Virus record (IMG/VR): IMGVR_UViG_3300032562_000004
Coordinates: 124,001-188,000 of that record
Strand: one strand, 5' to 3'
DNA length: 64,000 nt
The translations under genes were made by a program, and so were the position numbers. Position 1 is the first letter of the stretch, and the number at the start of each line of letters is the position of its first letter. Positions 10,275 to 19,935 of this stretch are shown piece by piece. The notes under the pieces were generated by a model. The model did no database searches and was not told where the DNA came from. It worked only from the letters and a program-made list of their open reading frames with translations.

Positions 10275-10684
10275 CGCTTCAAAGCTTCTCTTTTTAACGC
10301 CATTTCTCTCATTCTTTGTATAGTTTCTTCACTAAATTTTCTATTTTTATTTCTTTGTTTTAAAGCTTCAAGTCGTTGTTCTTTGCCTTCTTCTGGCCAT
10401 TTTGAACCTTTTTTTGATTGACTTATTTTTTGTTTTGTTTCTTCAGAATGTGTTTTGCCTGTCCAATGATTAGTTTTACCTTTTAAACTATCACTAATAT
10501 TTTTTCGCTGCTCTTGTGTGTATTTGTAACCTGTGGTACCTTTTGTTTTTCCGCCACGGCCAACATTATCAACCTCAAAAATGGAAGATTCATAATCAAT
10601 ATAACGGTATTCAATTCCCAAGGCTTCGGAAAGAGATTTATTAATTTTTTCAAATTGTTTTGGTGTTATTGTAAAGGTATTCAT
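10256..10684 (-). CDS. NUMOD3-repeat protein with no recognisable nuclease domain
   Basis: GKTHSEETKQKISQSKKG-type motifs; TAAATA just upstream of the ATG at 10684. Confidence 0.6.
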   Translation of the reverse strand: MNTFTITPKQFEKINKSLSEALGIEYRYIDYESSIFEVDNVGRGGKTKGTTGYKYTQEQRKNISDSLKGKTNHWTGKTHSEETKQKISQSKKGSKWPEEGKEQRLEALKQRNKNRKFSEETIQRMREMALKREALKRQNLGN

Positions 10685-10713
10685 ACGTCTATTTATGTGA
10701 ACTAAATAACTAA

Positions 10714-11310
10714 ATGGCATCTAAATTTACCACACTCGCAGAAGAACATTCACAGGCAGATTTTGACCGACTGTCGAAAGATTCTTTATCTTGGATGAAA
10801 AAGAAAATCCAAGAGATTCGTTCACCAGCATCCATGGCATTAGGTATGGCTCGTGAGAAATCTAGGCAAACAAATACTTTTAAATTGGGTCAATTATATT
10901 GTTTTTATTATGATCCAAAAGGTAAAGATGATTTACCATATTACGATATATTCCCAATGGTATTGGTATTGGATCGTTATGAAGATGGCTTTTTAGGTTT
11001 GAACCTACATTATTTACCATACCGATACCGAGTGGCATTCCTGAAGAAACTCATGGATTACGCAGTCCTAAACAAAGATGATGAAATTAAAAGGTTGAGA
11101 GTCACTTACGACATTTTAACGACCTCCAGACGCCTCCGTGAGTTTCAACCTTGTCTCAAACGCTATCTTTTTGGTCATATTAAGTCAAGGTTACTTACCA
11201 TTCAACCGTCCGAGTGGGAAGTTGCTACATTATTGCCACTACAACAGTTTAGAAAAGCCAAACCTAATAAAGTCTGGCAAGATTCGATAGAAGAAATAAG
11301 GAAAAACTAA
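10714..11310 (+). CDS. gp2: DNA end protector gp2
   Basis: GQLYCFYYDPKGKDDLPYYDIFPMV...GFLGLNLHYLP. Confidence 0.92.
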   Translation: MASKFTTLAEEHSQADFDRLSKDSLSWMKKKIQEIRSPASMALGMAREKSRQTNTFKLGQLYCFYYDPKGKDDLPYYDIFPMVLVLDRYEDGFLGLNLHYLPYRYRVAFLKKLMDYAVLNKDDEIKRLRVTYDILTTSRRLREFQPCLKRYLFGHIKSRLLTIQPSEWEVATLLPLQQFRKAKPNKVWQDSIEEIRKN

Positions 11311-11895
11311 ATGGCCGGTACCATTAATGATTTTTTAGCCAGTTTTACCACAGATATTGCCAGACCGAATAGGTTTGATGTAACTATTCCTGTACCACTT
11401 TCTCTGGCAAACTATATCACTAGTGCCAGAAATTTAACTTTCCGTTGTGATACAGCGGTATTACCTGGTCGTTCATTTGAAACGGCAGATAAAAAAATGG
11501 GTTCGGCACCAATCGAAAAGTTTCCATACCATACAAATTATCAAGAAGCAACACTTACATTCATTCTATCTGATGATATGAATGAAAAGATTTTCTTTGA
11601 TGCTTGGATGGAATTAATGAATCCATCAACAACATATAACTTTCAGTATAAATCAAATTATGCTGTTGATATTAGTATTAATCAGTATGATGTGAAGAAC
11701 AATTTAACTTATGCTGGTTTATTACAAGAAGCATTTCCAATTGATGTGAACCAATTGGACTTAGATTGGGCGGCCGATGGTCACCATAAACTGGCGGTAG
11801 TATTTGCTTATCGTCAATGGAGCAATAATTCTGTTAGTTCACTTATTGAGAATCTTAAAACAGGTCTTATTTCTGGTTTGATTAATTCGATTTAA
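11311..11895 (+). CDS. Tail tube initiator / tail tube family protein (gp54/gp19-like)
   Basis: ARPNRFDV...[12 protein letters not shown]...KFPY...LTF..SDDM.EK.FF.AW. Confidence 0.8.
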   Translation: MAGTINDFLASFTTDIARPNRFDVTIPVPLSLANYITSARNLTFRCDTAVLPGRSFETADKKMGSAPIEKFPYHTNYQEATLTFILSDDMNEKIFFDAWMELMNPSTTYNFQYKSNYAVDISINQYDVKNNLTYAGLLQEAFPIDVNQLDLDWAADGHHKLAVVFAYRQWSNNSVSSLIENLKTGLISGLINSI

Positions 11896-12511
11896 TTGAA
11901 TTTCTTTTGTAATTTCTATATGTGGATGCACAAGACCTACCACAACATATACGATTTAAGTATTTTGGACTAGTAAAATCTTTATTACAGATTAAACAAT
12001 TTTTAACTAAACTACTACCATTTTCAATAAACCTTTGCTTGTGTTGTTTTTTTGTTTCTTCAGACCAAATACATTTTATTCCGGTATGAGATTTCGACAT
12101 TTTTAATATAGTTTCATCTTTATGCTTTTTGTTTTTCATACCATGTTGCCGGCCATGTTTATACTTTACACCCAAAAGAGATTTTCTTATTTTATCTTTA
12201 TGTTCTTGAGATTTTGGCTTATTGTTACCTGGAGCACCATCACCACCGTCAGTTTTATTTCTTAATATTCCAGTACCTAAATCTATTCTTCCATACCATT
12301 TAATCATTTTTCGTTCTAAAGCCAAAGCACCAATTTCTGTTAATTTTGATTCTATAATAACCACTCTATTTTTGTTTTTGGGTGGATAAACTTCACCTTT
12401 ACCTTTACAGTAAGCTCTATTATTTTTTCCTTTGCCAAAATAATAAGGCGATCCGTCTGGTCGTAGATAAGCATAGACATAAAAGACCAATTGGGGTATA
12501 TAAATAGACAT
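11882..12511 (-). CDS. GIY-YIG homing endonuclease with NUMOD3 motifs, inverted relative to neighbours
   Basis: [19 protein letters not shown]...[26 protein letters not shown]. Confidence 0.85.
   Translation of the reverse strand: MSIYIPQLVFYVYAYLRPDGSPYYFGKGKNNRAYCKGKGEVYPPKNKNRVVIIESKLTEIGALALERKMIKWYGRIDLGTGILRNKTDGGDGAPGNNKPKSQEHKDKIRKSLLGVKYKHGRQHGMKNKKHKDETILKMSKSHTGIKCIWSEETKKQHKQRFIENGSSLVKNCLICNKDFTSPKYLNRICCGRSCASTYRNYKRNSIKSN
12499..12506 (+). promoter_or_regulatory. T4-type late promoter TATAAATA upstream of gp26
   Basis: Exact TATAAATA about 100 nt upstream of the gp26 ATG. Confidence 0.65.
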
Positions 12512-12579
12512 AAGCTGGCATTCCTTTACAATGTTAGAGTGTGTGCGGAGGCCAATCCGGCGACATACACTTATTTATA
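12512..12579 (-). promoter_or_regulatory. Late promoter plus 36-nt structured leader of the GIY-YIG gene (copy 1)
   Basis: TATAAATA then AGTGTATGT-CGC-CGGA-TTGGCC-TCCG-C-ACACACTCT. Confidence 0.75.
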
Positions 12580-12602
12580 ATAATTTAATAGTTGAGGACA
12601 TA

Positions 12603-13325
12603 ATGTTACCAAAGATTGATGCACCAGTATATGAATTAGATTTACCTTTATCGAAGAAACATATTCGTTTTCGTCCTTTTTTAGTAAAAGAACAGAAGAA
12701 TTTGATGATGGCATTAGAATCTGATGATAGAGAAACAATTGAAAGAAATATCCGTCAGGTTCTAACTAACTGTACCTTGACCGACAATATTGATGTTGAT
12801 AAGTTACCAGTAATTGATGTTGAGTTTTACTTTATTAACTTACGAGCAAGGTCTGTAGGTGAGGTAGTAGAAAACGAATACATCTGTACCAATGAAGTTG
12901 ATGGTAAAGCCTGTAATAATAAAATGAAAGGCACATTAAACTTATTGGACATTAAAGTTGATGTTGATCCTGATAGAAAAGATACGATTAAAGTAACCGA
13001 TAAGATTTCTATCAAGATGAAATATCCAGAGTTCTCTTTGGTTGATAAGTTAAGTAAGAAAGAATCGGCTGTTGATATTGCTTTTGAAGTAATGGCAGAA
13101 AGTGTTGAATGGATTTTTGATGGTGAACAATATTACTATGCTAATGAAACACCTAAAGAAGAACTCATGCAGTTTATTGAATCTTTGAATCAAGAACAGT
13201 TTGGCAAGTTGGAAGAATTCTTTAGTAATCTTCCAACAATGCACAGAACAATGGAAATGAAATGCGGTAAATGTGGTTTTGAGCATCGTATTGATATGGA
13301 AGGCCTCGAAAGTTTTTTCGGGTAA
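12603..13325 (+). CDS. gp26: Baseplate hub assembly protein gp26 (start at MLPKID)
   Basis: MLPKIDAPVYELDLP.SKK.IRFRPFLVKEQKNL; C-terminal CGKCG...GLESFF. Confidence 0.9.
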   Translation: MLPKIDAPVYELDLPLSKKHIRFRPFLVKEQKNLMMALESDDRETIERNIRQVLTNCTLTDNIDVDKLPVIDVEFYFINLRARSVGEVVENEYICTNEVDGKACNNKMKGTLNLLDIKVDVDPDRKDTIKVTDKISIKMKYPEFSLVDKLSKKESAVDIAFEVMAESVEWIFDGEQYYYANETPKEELMQFIESLNQEQFGKLEEFFSNLPTMHRTMEMKCGKCGFEHRIDMEGLESFFG

Positions 13326-13375
13326 TATTTTGTTATGACAATTTGAGAAATTACTATAAAACTAATTTCTCCTTG

Positions 13376-13516
13376 ATGCAACACCATAAGTATTCTCTCA
13401 CGGAACTTGAAAATATGTTACCGTGGGAGAGGGACATTTACGTGGCTATGCTGATTCAGTATATTGAAGAAGAAAACGAAAAAATAAAACAACAACAGGC
13501 TGCAGCAAGACGATAG
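13376..13516 (+). CDS. gp51: Baseplate hub assembly catalyst gp51 (possibly made as a -1 frameshift extension of gp26)
   Basis: Own translation MQHHKYSLTELENMLPWERDIYVAMLIQYIEEENE; not in the supplied ORF track. Confidence 0.85.
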   Translation: MQHHKYSLTELENMLPWERDIYVAMLIQYIEEENEKIKQQQAAARR

Positions 13517-15181
13517 ATGGATGATAAAAATAATTCGGATTGGAAAAAGGAATGGAAGGATTCAGGATTAGATCCTGATAAACCTGAAGATTTTAAAAAA
13601 ATCCAAAGCATTTACGCCAAGAAAATGGAAACAAAAATTCTTGGAGGGTTGGAAAATAGCCCAGCACAAACCGTTTCAAACATAATCAACAAACTTCATG
13701 GAATTGATAAACAAAAACCATTGGTTGAAGGTAAAGATTATACTATTGCACCTGGTGGTGAAGATGTTGAATTGAGTCAAGAATTTATTGATTCGATGAG
13801 AAAAAGGTCAAAAGAACTCACTAAGACCAAAGGTATGGAAAATATGTTGGGTAACCCAATTATGTCTTCCGTATTTAAAAAGAATCCAAAAAGAAATCAA
13901 AAAAATTCAAAACCGGAAGTAGCAGCTGATACTTCAGTAAATGAAGATAAAGAAAAACTTGCTCCTAAAAAAGATCCATTAATTAACCATGTTGCACCTG
14001 CTTCTGAATCCAAACTAAAGGCAGGAGATTCTGAAGGTGATATTCTAGGTAAAATCTTTAATTTGATGGTAGAAAAATACCACAGAGATGATGCTAATTT
14101 TAAAGAAGAAACCAAATATAAAGAAAAACTCAAAGAAAAAAAAGAAACTCGTTCAAAAGAGTTAATTGATTTATTTACACCAGGTAAAAAGAAACCAGGT
14201 AAAAGAAAGAAAAAAGAAAAAGAAGGTACTGCCGAAAAAGTAGAACCTAAAACTACTGGTACAACTAAAGGTGGAACAACATCAGCAGTAAGAGATACCA
14301 CCAATTCAGTTGTTTCGACTGGAACTAAAGCTGTAGTGGGTGTTGCAGCTGCAGGTGCTGCGGTAGTTGGTGTTGATGCTTTGGCCGCCAAGATAACTAA
14401 AAATGAAGGCGGTGGAAATCCAAATCAAGCAAACATTGTAAAGGGACATTCAGCAAAAGAAGCACAAATTATCAAAGGTAATATAGATGTTACTACAGGT
14501 AAAACTTTTGATAAATCATTAGAAGAAATGACCTTAGGTGAAGCTTATGATTTGGGAACTAGAAGAGGTAAATATTATAATGCTAAAGGTGCTGGTGCCG
14601 CATTAGGTAAGTATGGTTTTATGCCTATTGCGATTGAAGATAGAGGTAGAGCACTTTATGGAAAAGATTGGAGAAATGTTCCGTTTGATTCAAAAACTCA
14701 GGATGAATTAAACAAGTCACTAATTATAACCAATTTACAAAAATTACAAAAAGCAGGAATACCACCATCTGAAAGAAATTTATATTTGATGCACTTTTTT
14801 GGTAATACTGCACAAACTTCAGCATTTTTAAATTCTTCAGATGAAAGTAGTATGGCGCCCATTCTAGATATGTACAATCATGGCGCTACTGCAAATCCGG
14901 ATGTTGCCAAGTTAACTGTTGGCCAATATAAAAAAAGGTTTTTGGCTAAATTTGATGATACTCCCGCTGACTTACAAGTAAAATCAGTAGCACAACCAGT
15001 ATCAAATCCACCTACAACAATTCCAAGTAAAATTCCAGATGGACAATCTTCAAGTGCACCATCTACAACAATAATAAGTAAAACTACCAATGTAATTAAA
15101 GGTGGTACTACATATAGTATAACGGAAGATAATTCTCCTGATACTTCTCCATTAATCGACAGACAATATAATTTAAGATAA
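13517..15181 (+). CDS. Hub/tape-measure-region protein with a lysozyme-like domain
   Basis: ITKNEGGG...EMTLGEA...AALGKYGFMP...FD.KTQDEL segment resembles muramidase AAGKYQF motifs. Confidence 0.55.
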   Translation: MDDKNNSDWKKEWKDSGLDPDKPEDFKKIQSIYAKKMETKILGGLENSPAQTVSNIINKLHGIDKQKPLVEGKDYTIAPGGEDVELSQEFIDSMRKRSKELTKTKGMENMLGNPIMSSVFKKNPKRNQKNSKPEVAADTSVNEDKEKLAPKKDPLINHVAPASESKLKAGDSEGDILGKIFNLMVEKYHRDDANFKEETKYKEKLKEKKETRSKELIDLFTPGKKKPGKRKKKEKEGTAEKVEPKTTGTTKGGTTSAVRDTTNSVVSTGTKAVVGVAAAGAAVVGVDALAAKITKNEGGGNPNQANIVKGHSAKEAQIIKGNIDVTTGKTFDKSLEEMTLGEAYDLGTRRGKYYNAKGAGAALGKYGFMPIAIEDRGRALYGKDWRNVPFDSKTQDELNKSLIITNLQKLQKAGIPPSERNLYLMHFFGNTAQTSAFLNSSDESSMAPILDMYNHGATANPDVAKLTVGQYKKRFLAKFDDTPADLQVKSVAQPVSNPPTTIPSKIPDGQSSSAPSTTIISKTTNVIKGGTTYSITEDNSPDTSPLIDRQYNLR

Positions 15182-15183
15182 AC

Positions 15184-16635
15184 ATGGACTATCAAAAAGC
15201 CAGACAGGTCAGAAAAAAGAGCCTATTATCACTCATCACACAACAAAAGTTTGGTGAGGGTAAAAGTCTTGGTGCATCCGTTAGAGGTGCAGTTTCACAA
15301 AAGTTTCAAGCCAAAGCCAAAGGTATTAAAGAAAGCCTTGATCCATTAAATTGGGTTAGAAAAGCCACAGGTAAAGGTGCTTTCGGTGACTTTGCTGTTA
15401 CTGGTTTAGGTAGAATGTTTGGTCGTTCTGATAAAGATATCAAAGCTTTTGGTGGTATTGGTAGAAAAAAATTAAGAGGCAAAAAAGATCCACAGTTTAC
15501 TACTATTGCTGCAGGTCCACTTAAACCATTAAAACGTGGTGATGGTGTTGCTGATGTTTTGGCCAAGATGTATAACTTCATGATGCAAAATGAAGAAATG
15601 CACAAACTGAACTTAGAGATTGATAAAGCTTTCAAACAAGAAGAAATGGATGAGGACGACCGCAGACATGAAGAATTAGTCAAAACAATTAAGAAGTATA
15701 TGAAAGTGTCAAAATCTTCTACAGGTAAAGTAAGAGATGTTGGTGGTGGAGGTTTCTTTGATGGTATAATTGATATGGTTAAAGGATTAATTGGGAAAGC
15801 AATTGACGCACTGAAATTTTTAATTGCTCCATTATTAACATTTGTTTCTTCGATAGGCGCAATGGCACTTGAGGCGTTAGGAACTTTAGCTGCATTTCTT
15901 ATTACTCCAGCAGGCGTTGCATTTTTAGGACTTATTGCTGCTGGTACAATTGCTGCATGGATTGCTAAAATGATTGCTGCTGATCCCCAGGCAGCATTAG
16001 CAGGTAAAGGTCCTGTAGGTACAGCTGTTGCAGGACCTGGTGCTGAAACTCAATTGCCTTCTTCGGAAGAAGAACAAGCAAATAAATCTTTGGCCAACAA
16101 AGCAAAAGCAGTGGACAAAAAAGGCATCAAAAAGGCATCATTAGAAGAATTGGAGGCCAAACAACAATTGCTAATTGAAACTGGCGATCCAAGATACAGA
16201 GTAAAAAAAGGTCAAGGTGATGAATCTGATAAACTCAAAGCAAAACAACTTGATGATATAGAATCAGAAATTACTGCAAGAAAATCAAAACAAACTTCAC
16301 AAGCACCAAACAATAAAACAGAAACACCTACTGCTGTTCCAGTAAAATCAGCTTCATCTGAACCCACGCCAGAAAAAACGGATGTGTCTGTGCCTACGGC
16401 CGCAACCGAAACACCTAAAGTACAACCCGTACAACAGTCAGCCAATCCTCCTGTGCCTGTAGCTGCACCAAGCCAAGCATCAACAGGTGGTGATACTCAA
16501 CCAATCGTTTCTGTAAACAGTAGTACTAATACTATTGGTGATAAATCTCCACCTAAGATTGTACAAACAAATACGGCAAGAGCAAGAAATGGCGACCTTA
16601 ACCGATACTTAATGAATATTGCGGGTGTTGTTTAA
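15184..16635 (+). CDS. Tape-measure/gp29-like protein
   Basis: Charged helical N-terminus, hydrophobic central helices, low-complexity P/T/S tail; follows gp26/51. Confidence 0.5.
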   Translation: MDYQKARQVRKKSLLSLITQQKFGEGKSLGASVRGAVSQKFQAKAKGIKESLDPLNWVRKATGKGAFGDFAVTGLGRMFGRSDKDIKAFGGIGRKKLRGKKDPQFTTIAAGPLKPLKRGDGVADVLAKMYNFMMQNEEMHKLNLEIDKAFKQEEMDEDDRRHEELVKTIKKYMKVSKSSTGKVRDVGGGGFFDGIIDMVKGLIGKAIDALKFLIAPLLTFVSSIGAMALEALGTLAAFLITPAGVAFLGLIAAGTIAAWIAKMIAADPQAALAGKGPVGTAVAGPGAETQLPSSEEEQANKSLANKAKAVDKKGIKKASLEELEAKQQLLIETGDPRYRVKKGQGDESDKLKAKQLDDIESEITARKSKQTSQAPNNKTETPTAVPVKSASSEPTPEKTDVSVPTAATETPKVQPVQQSANPPVPVAAPSQASTGGDTQPIVSVNSSTNTIGDKSPPKIVQTNTARARNGDLNRYLMNIAGVV

Positions 16636-16640
16636 CCAAT

Positions 16641-16662
16641 AAAAAACCCACCTTTCGGTGGG
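16641..16662 (-). terminator. Intrinsic terminator after gp32
   Basis: CCCACC-GAAA-GGTGGG followed by TTTTTT. Confidence 0.85.
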
Positions 16663-16683
16663 TCTAAACCAAGGGGTTAAGGT

Positions 16684-17577
16684 TTAATCTTCTTCTGCTA
16701 GTTTAGCAAAATAACTCAAGTCATCTTCATCAGATGTATCATCTTTAAATGGTGAATCTTCTGCTACTGCTTTAGGTGCAGAAAACTCTTTTGCTTTAAC
16801 TTGTTCTACGGTTGTCTTTGGTGCTTCACCATTGAGACCAAGAACTTTATCAAGGCGTTTCTTCAACTCATCATAAGACTTGAATTCTTTATCAGCAATC
16901 AAATCACTTAGAGCGAATTCACGCTTATAAACATCTTCCATCTGACCATCATCTTCAAATAATGCTGATGGTGATTCAAATTCAGACTTATCATAATTCT
17001 GATAACCTTCTACTTTACGAATCTTCAACTTAAAGTTAGCACCTTTCCACATATCAAATGGATTGATTGCTTGTTCATCTTCAAACTGAGGGTTCATTGC
17101 TTCGGAGATTTTATCAAAAATCTTTTTACCAAAACGGAACAACTTCACTTTACCTTCATTCTCAGGATGTTTTGGATCAGAAATGATGTATACGTTGGCA
17201 ATATAATCCAACTTACGTTTCTGTTTACGAACTACATCTTTGTTAGCTTCAATACCTGATTGCCATAATGTAGAATTGTGTTCACAAACAGGACATTGCT
17301 TGTTAAGTGTGGTTAAACAATTATCAATTAACCAACCACCAGGTCCTTGAAAACCATGTTTATGAATCTTGACCCATGGCAGAGCATCATCGCCATCTTT
17401 TTCGGATGCTGGTAGGAAACGAATAACGGCCATGCCATTACCTGCTTTATCTACTTCTGGCTTCCAAAAGTTTTCTGATTTATCTGAACCTGCTTCGGGG
17501 TTTTGATTGAGTGCCTCAACTGCTTGTTGTAATTTGCTGAGGTTGCCTGATTGGCGTTTGAGATTAGCGAAACTCAT
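16684..17577 (-). CDS. gp32: Single-stranded DNA-binding protein gp32 (start at MSFANLK)
   Basis: FWKPEVDKAGNGMAVIRFLPA...HGFQGPGGW.IDNCLTTL...CPVCE; acidic tail; AAGGAG RBS. Confidence 0.96.
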   Translation of the reverse strand: MSFANLKRQSGNLSKLQQAVEALNQNPEAGSDKSENFWKPEVDKAGNGMAVIRFLPASEKDGDDALPWVKIHKHGFQGPGGWLIDNCLTTLNKQCPVCEHNSTLWQSGIEANKDVVRKQKRKLDYIANVYIISDPKHPENEGKVKLFRFGKKIFDKISEAMNPQFEDEQAINPFDMWKGANFKLKIRKVEGYQNYDKSEFESPSALFEDDGQMEDVYKREFALSDLIADKEFKSYDELKKRLDKVLGLNGEAPKTTVEQVKAKEFSAPKAVAEDSPFKDDTSDEDDLSYFAKLAEED

Positions 17578-17654
17578 TGTACTTCTCCTTATTAACGGTG
17601 TATAAACGGAATATAAAAAACGACTTATCCAAAAACTACTCATAATCAACTACT

Positions 17655-17683
17655 AGTATATCATAATATTTATCCAAAGTCAA
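17655..17683 (-). promoter_or_regulatory. Sigma70-type promoter upstream of gp32
   Basis: TTGACT-17 nt-TATACT. Confidence 0.7.
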
Positions 17684-18171
17684 ACGTACATGGCCAATAT
17701 TGCCAATGTGGATGGCCAATCTTTATGAAGTATACCAATACCTCCTTTGGCCTTCCATTGTTCGATAACGGATTCAGTATCATCAATGATAATCTTATCA
17801 GGTGCTGCATAATCTTGTTTCAGTCTTTTACCTGGAACAAAGTTTGGTGTGAATGTAATACCGTGTGTCTGTAACCATATCAACTTCTGTTTAGAAATTG
17901 CATCGTATCTTGCCTCATTTGCTGTTGAGGATAGAATTTGAGTAGGTGCAGATGCCTTACGGAGAAATTCAATTCCATCCATAGTTCCTGGCATTAACTC
18001 TAGTGTTGCAAATTGACCTGTAGCAATAAACTCATCAAAGAATTTATCAAACTGTTTATTCTTTTCTGCCTCCCTTGGCATCATTTTATATAACTCTCGA
18101 TATCTTTTGGTGAAGTCAGCAATAACTCCATCCATATCAAGGTATATACAACTAATTTGTGGCTTACGCAT
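17680..18171 (-). CDS. HAD-family 5'(3')-deoxyribonucleotidase-like protein
   Basis: IYLDMDGVIADF and IIIDD motifs. Confidence 0.8.
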   Translation of the reverse strand: MRKPQISCIYLDMDGVIADFTKRYRELYKMMPREAEKNKQFDKFFDEFIATGQFATLELMPGTMDGIEFLRKASAPTQILSSTANEARYDAISKQKLIWLQTHGITFTPNFVPGKRLKQDYAAPDKIIIDDTESVIEQWKAKGGIGILHKDWPSTLAILAMYV

Positions 18172-18784
18172 ATTCTTTAATTTTTTCTTTCAAATTCTTT
18201 AAAAACTTTTCTTTATCATATTGTATAAATGGTGTGTATTTCTTAATTAATCGGTGCCAGATTGGCCAAATAATATCTTCGGTGACTTCTTTTTCCCATC
18301 TTGGCATACAACCTACCAAATCAACCAAAATACAAACCGATTCTAATGTTACTTCATTCTTCATGAACTTAGTGATAATCATTGGCCAACCACCACCGTG
18401 GCACCACAATATATCATCTCTCGTCCAAGACTCGGCACCATCTACCAAATCAAACAAGTATATTATATCATTATTAAAGGTATAAGTCAAGGCCTGTTGG
18501 GTCTTTTGCCACTTTAGGTAATTTTCCTCACCTTCAGTACCAGTCATATCACCTACCCACTTATCACCTTGTAGAAAGTTTGCCACATAAAAGTTTTTTA
18601 ATTCATCTAAACTATATTTACGGGACAACTTATAGAATTGGTACTTGTCTTTGCGTACCATAAAGGACTGCTTTGATACATTCGTCTTGCCATTATATTT
18701 AAAGTAATCGTAAGAATCGGATGTAAAATGTAATTTTATAGCATTATATAAAGCAAAGGCCGCAAATCCTGTGTTTTCACTCAT
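18164..18784 (-). CDS. gp59: Helicase loader gp59
   Basis: GFAAFALYNAIKLHFTSDSYDYFKYNGKT...KKYTPFI. Confidence 0.92.
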   Translation of the reverse strand: MSENTGFAAFALYNAIKLHFTSDSYDYFKYNGKTNVSKQSFMVRKDKYQFYKLSRKYSLDELKNFYVANFLQGDKWVGDMTGTEGEENYLKWQKTQQALTYTFNNDIIYLFDLVDGAESWTRDDILWCHGGGWPMIITKFMKNEVTLESVCILVDLVGCMPRWEKEVTEDIIWPIWHRLIKKYTPFIQYDKEKFLKNLKEKIKEYA

Positions 18785-19002
18785 ATTGGTAGTTTACTAG
18801 ATTTCTTAATTAAATTTAAACTCTGTGCTTCTTCTTTAATCTTGGCTTTGAGTGCTGAACTAATTAAACTGGCAGCAACTTCTATTTCTAATTCTGTTTC
18901 TTTACAATGATGGCAGATGGCATCCATTAAACCTAAATGTTCATCTGCCGCCAATTGTTCAATCATCATACTAAATTGTTTAATCTCATCTCTTGTAGGC
19001 AT
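18781..19002 (-). CDS. gp33: Late transcription coactivator gp33 (start at MPTRDEI)
   Basis: FSMMIE...MDAICHHC...IEVAASLISSALKAKI..EA..LNL. Confidence 0.88.
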   Translation of the reverse strand: MPTRDEIKQFSMMIEQLAADEHLGLMDAICHHCKETELEIEVAASLISSALKAKIKEEAQSLNLIKKSSKLPI

Positions 19003-19003
19003 C

Positions 19004-19534
19004 TCAAATATTCTTCGCTTTATAAAATATGTGGTGACCAATTTGTGTAACTCGTTGTAAGTTCCAACCTGGATTCACCTGTGTGTTATGATAGTATAAC
19101 GCATTTGTTCTCGCTATTGTATCATGAACATCTGGTTCCGTCAAGGCCTTTCTTGCAACCATTTCAGATTCATCGTAGGCATATTTGTTTCTTACCAACA
19201 TATTTTTCATACAAGTCCATGAAAACTGGCATACCACCAACTTATTAACATAACTACGTTGGTATACCACTTCACATACTGTACCACCAAACTTTGGATC
19301 GTTTGCACGATTGATTGTTACCTGTGCTACTGCCAATTTACCTTCATAAGATTCTGTTGCAGCTTCAAAATAAACATTATCTGCGAGGCATTTTAATTGT
19401 TTATTGAAATCTTCACTCACTTGTTGTTCTACTACCATTTGAGTAACCTCTTGTGAAATAGATGGGAATGAATATGCCAATAAAGCACAACTTAACAACA
19501 ATAATATAGCTTTTGATTTTGATGCGAACATCAT
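19004..19534 (-). CDS. SleB/CwlJ-type cell wall hydrolase
   Basis: CLADNVYFEA...GKLAVAQV..NR...CEVVYQ...CQFSW...LYYH...IGHHIFY. Confidence 0.9.
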   Translation of the reverse strand: MMFASKSKAILLLLSCALLAYSFPSISQEVTQMVVEQQVSEDFNKQLKCLADNVYFEAATESYEGKLAVAQVTINRANDPKFGGTVCEVVYQRSYVNKLVVCQFSWTCMKNMLVRNKYAYDESEMVARKALTEPDVHDTIARTNALYYHNTQVNPGWNLQRVTQIGHHIFYKAKNI

Positions 19535-19599
19535 ATCTCCTTTTGTTTACGGTCGTTACTCTGACCTTGGACCCAAGTACTTCTGACTTTGTGATAGGG

Positions 19600-19935
19600 T
19601 TTGTGGAACGATTGTTTCTGTTGCCAAGTACAATCGCTGGAAAACTCCGACAGGTGTTTAGGCTGCCAGTGCGTAACTTTCATCGTTAGCGTTTAATTTA
19701 ATTTGCTTCTTCGACCGAGTGTCCTCAATCCTAACGGCTTTCGCTTTGCCGATTCTCCATTGTTCTAATTATTGCCATGTCGAAACCGGTCGCCCACATC
19801 AAAAACATATTAGCTGGTAATACTCACTCCATTAAAAACCTGCCGTTGTGACTGGTTCACTAATATGCTTATGGTGTAGGCGGGGAGAATCGAACTCCCG
19901 TCCACAACAACTTTCAAACAACTTCAACGAATGTG
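19600..19935 (-). ncRNA. ssrA: Circularly permuted (two-piece) tmRNA, tag ANDESYALAA (outer ends approximate)
   Basis: T-arm + CGCCTACACCA (ends 19872), a 74-nt intervening segment, then GTGGGCGACCGGTTTCGAC (G1=19797); G3.U70; tag frame 19690-19658. Confidence 0.92.

Noticed and set aside
12531-12602. N-terminal extension of gp26 shown in the ORF track
   Set aside because: It is the antisense of the endonuclease leader; the family-like start is MLPKID at 12603 with a GAGGA RBS
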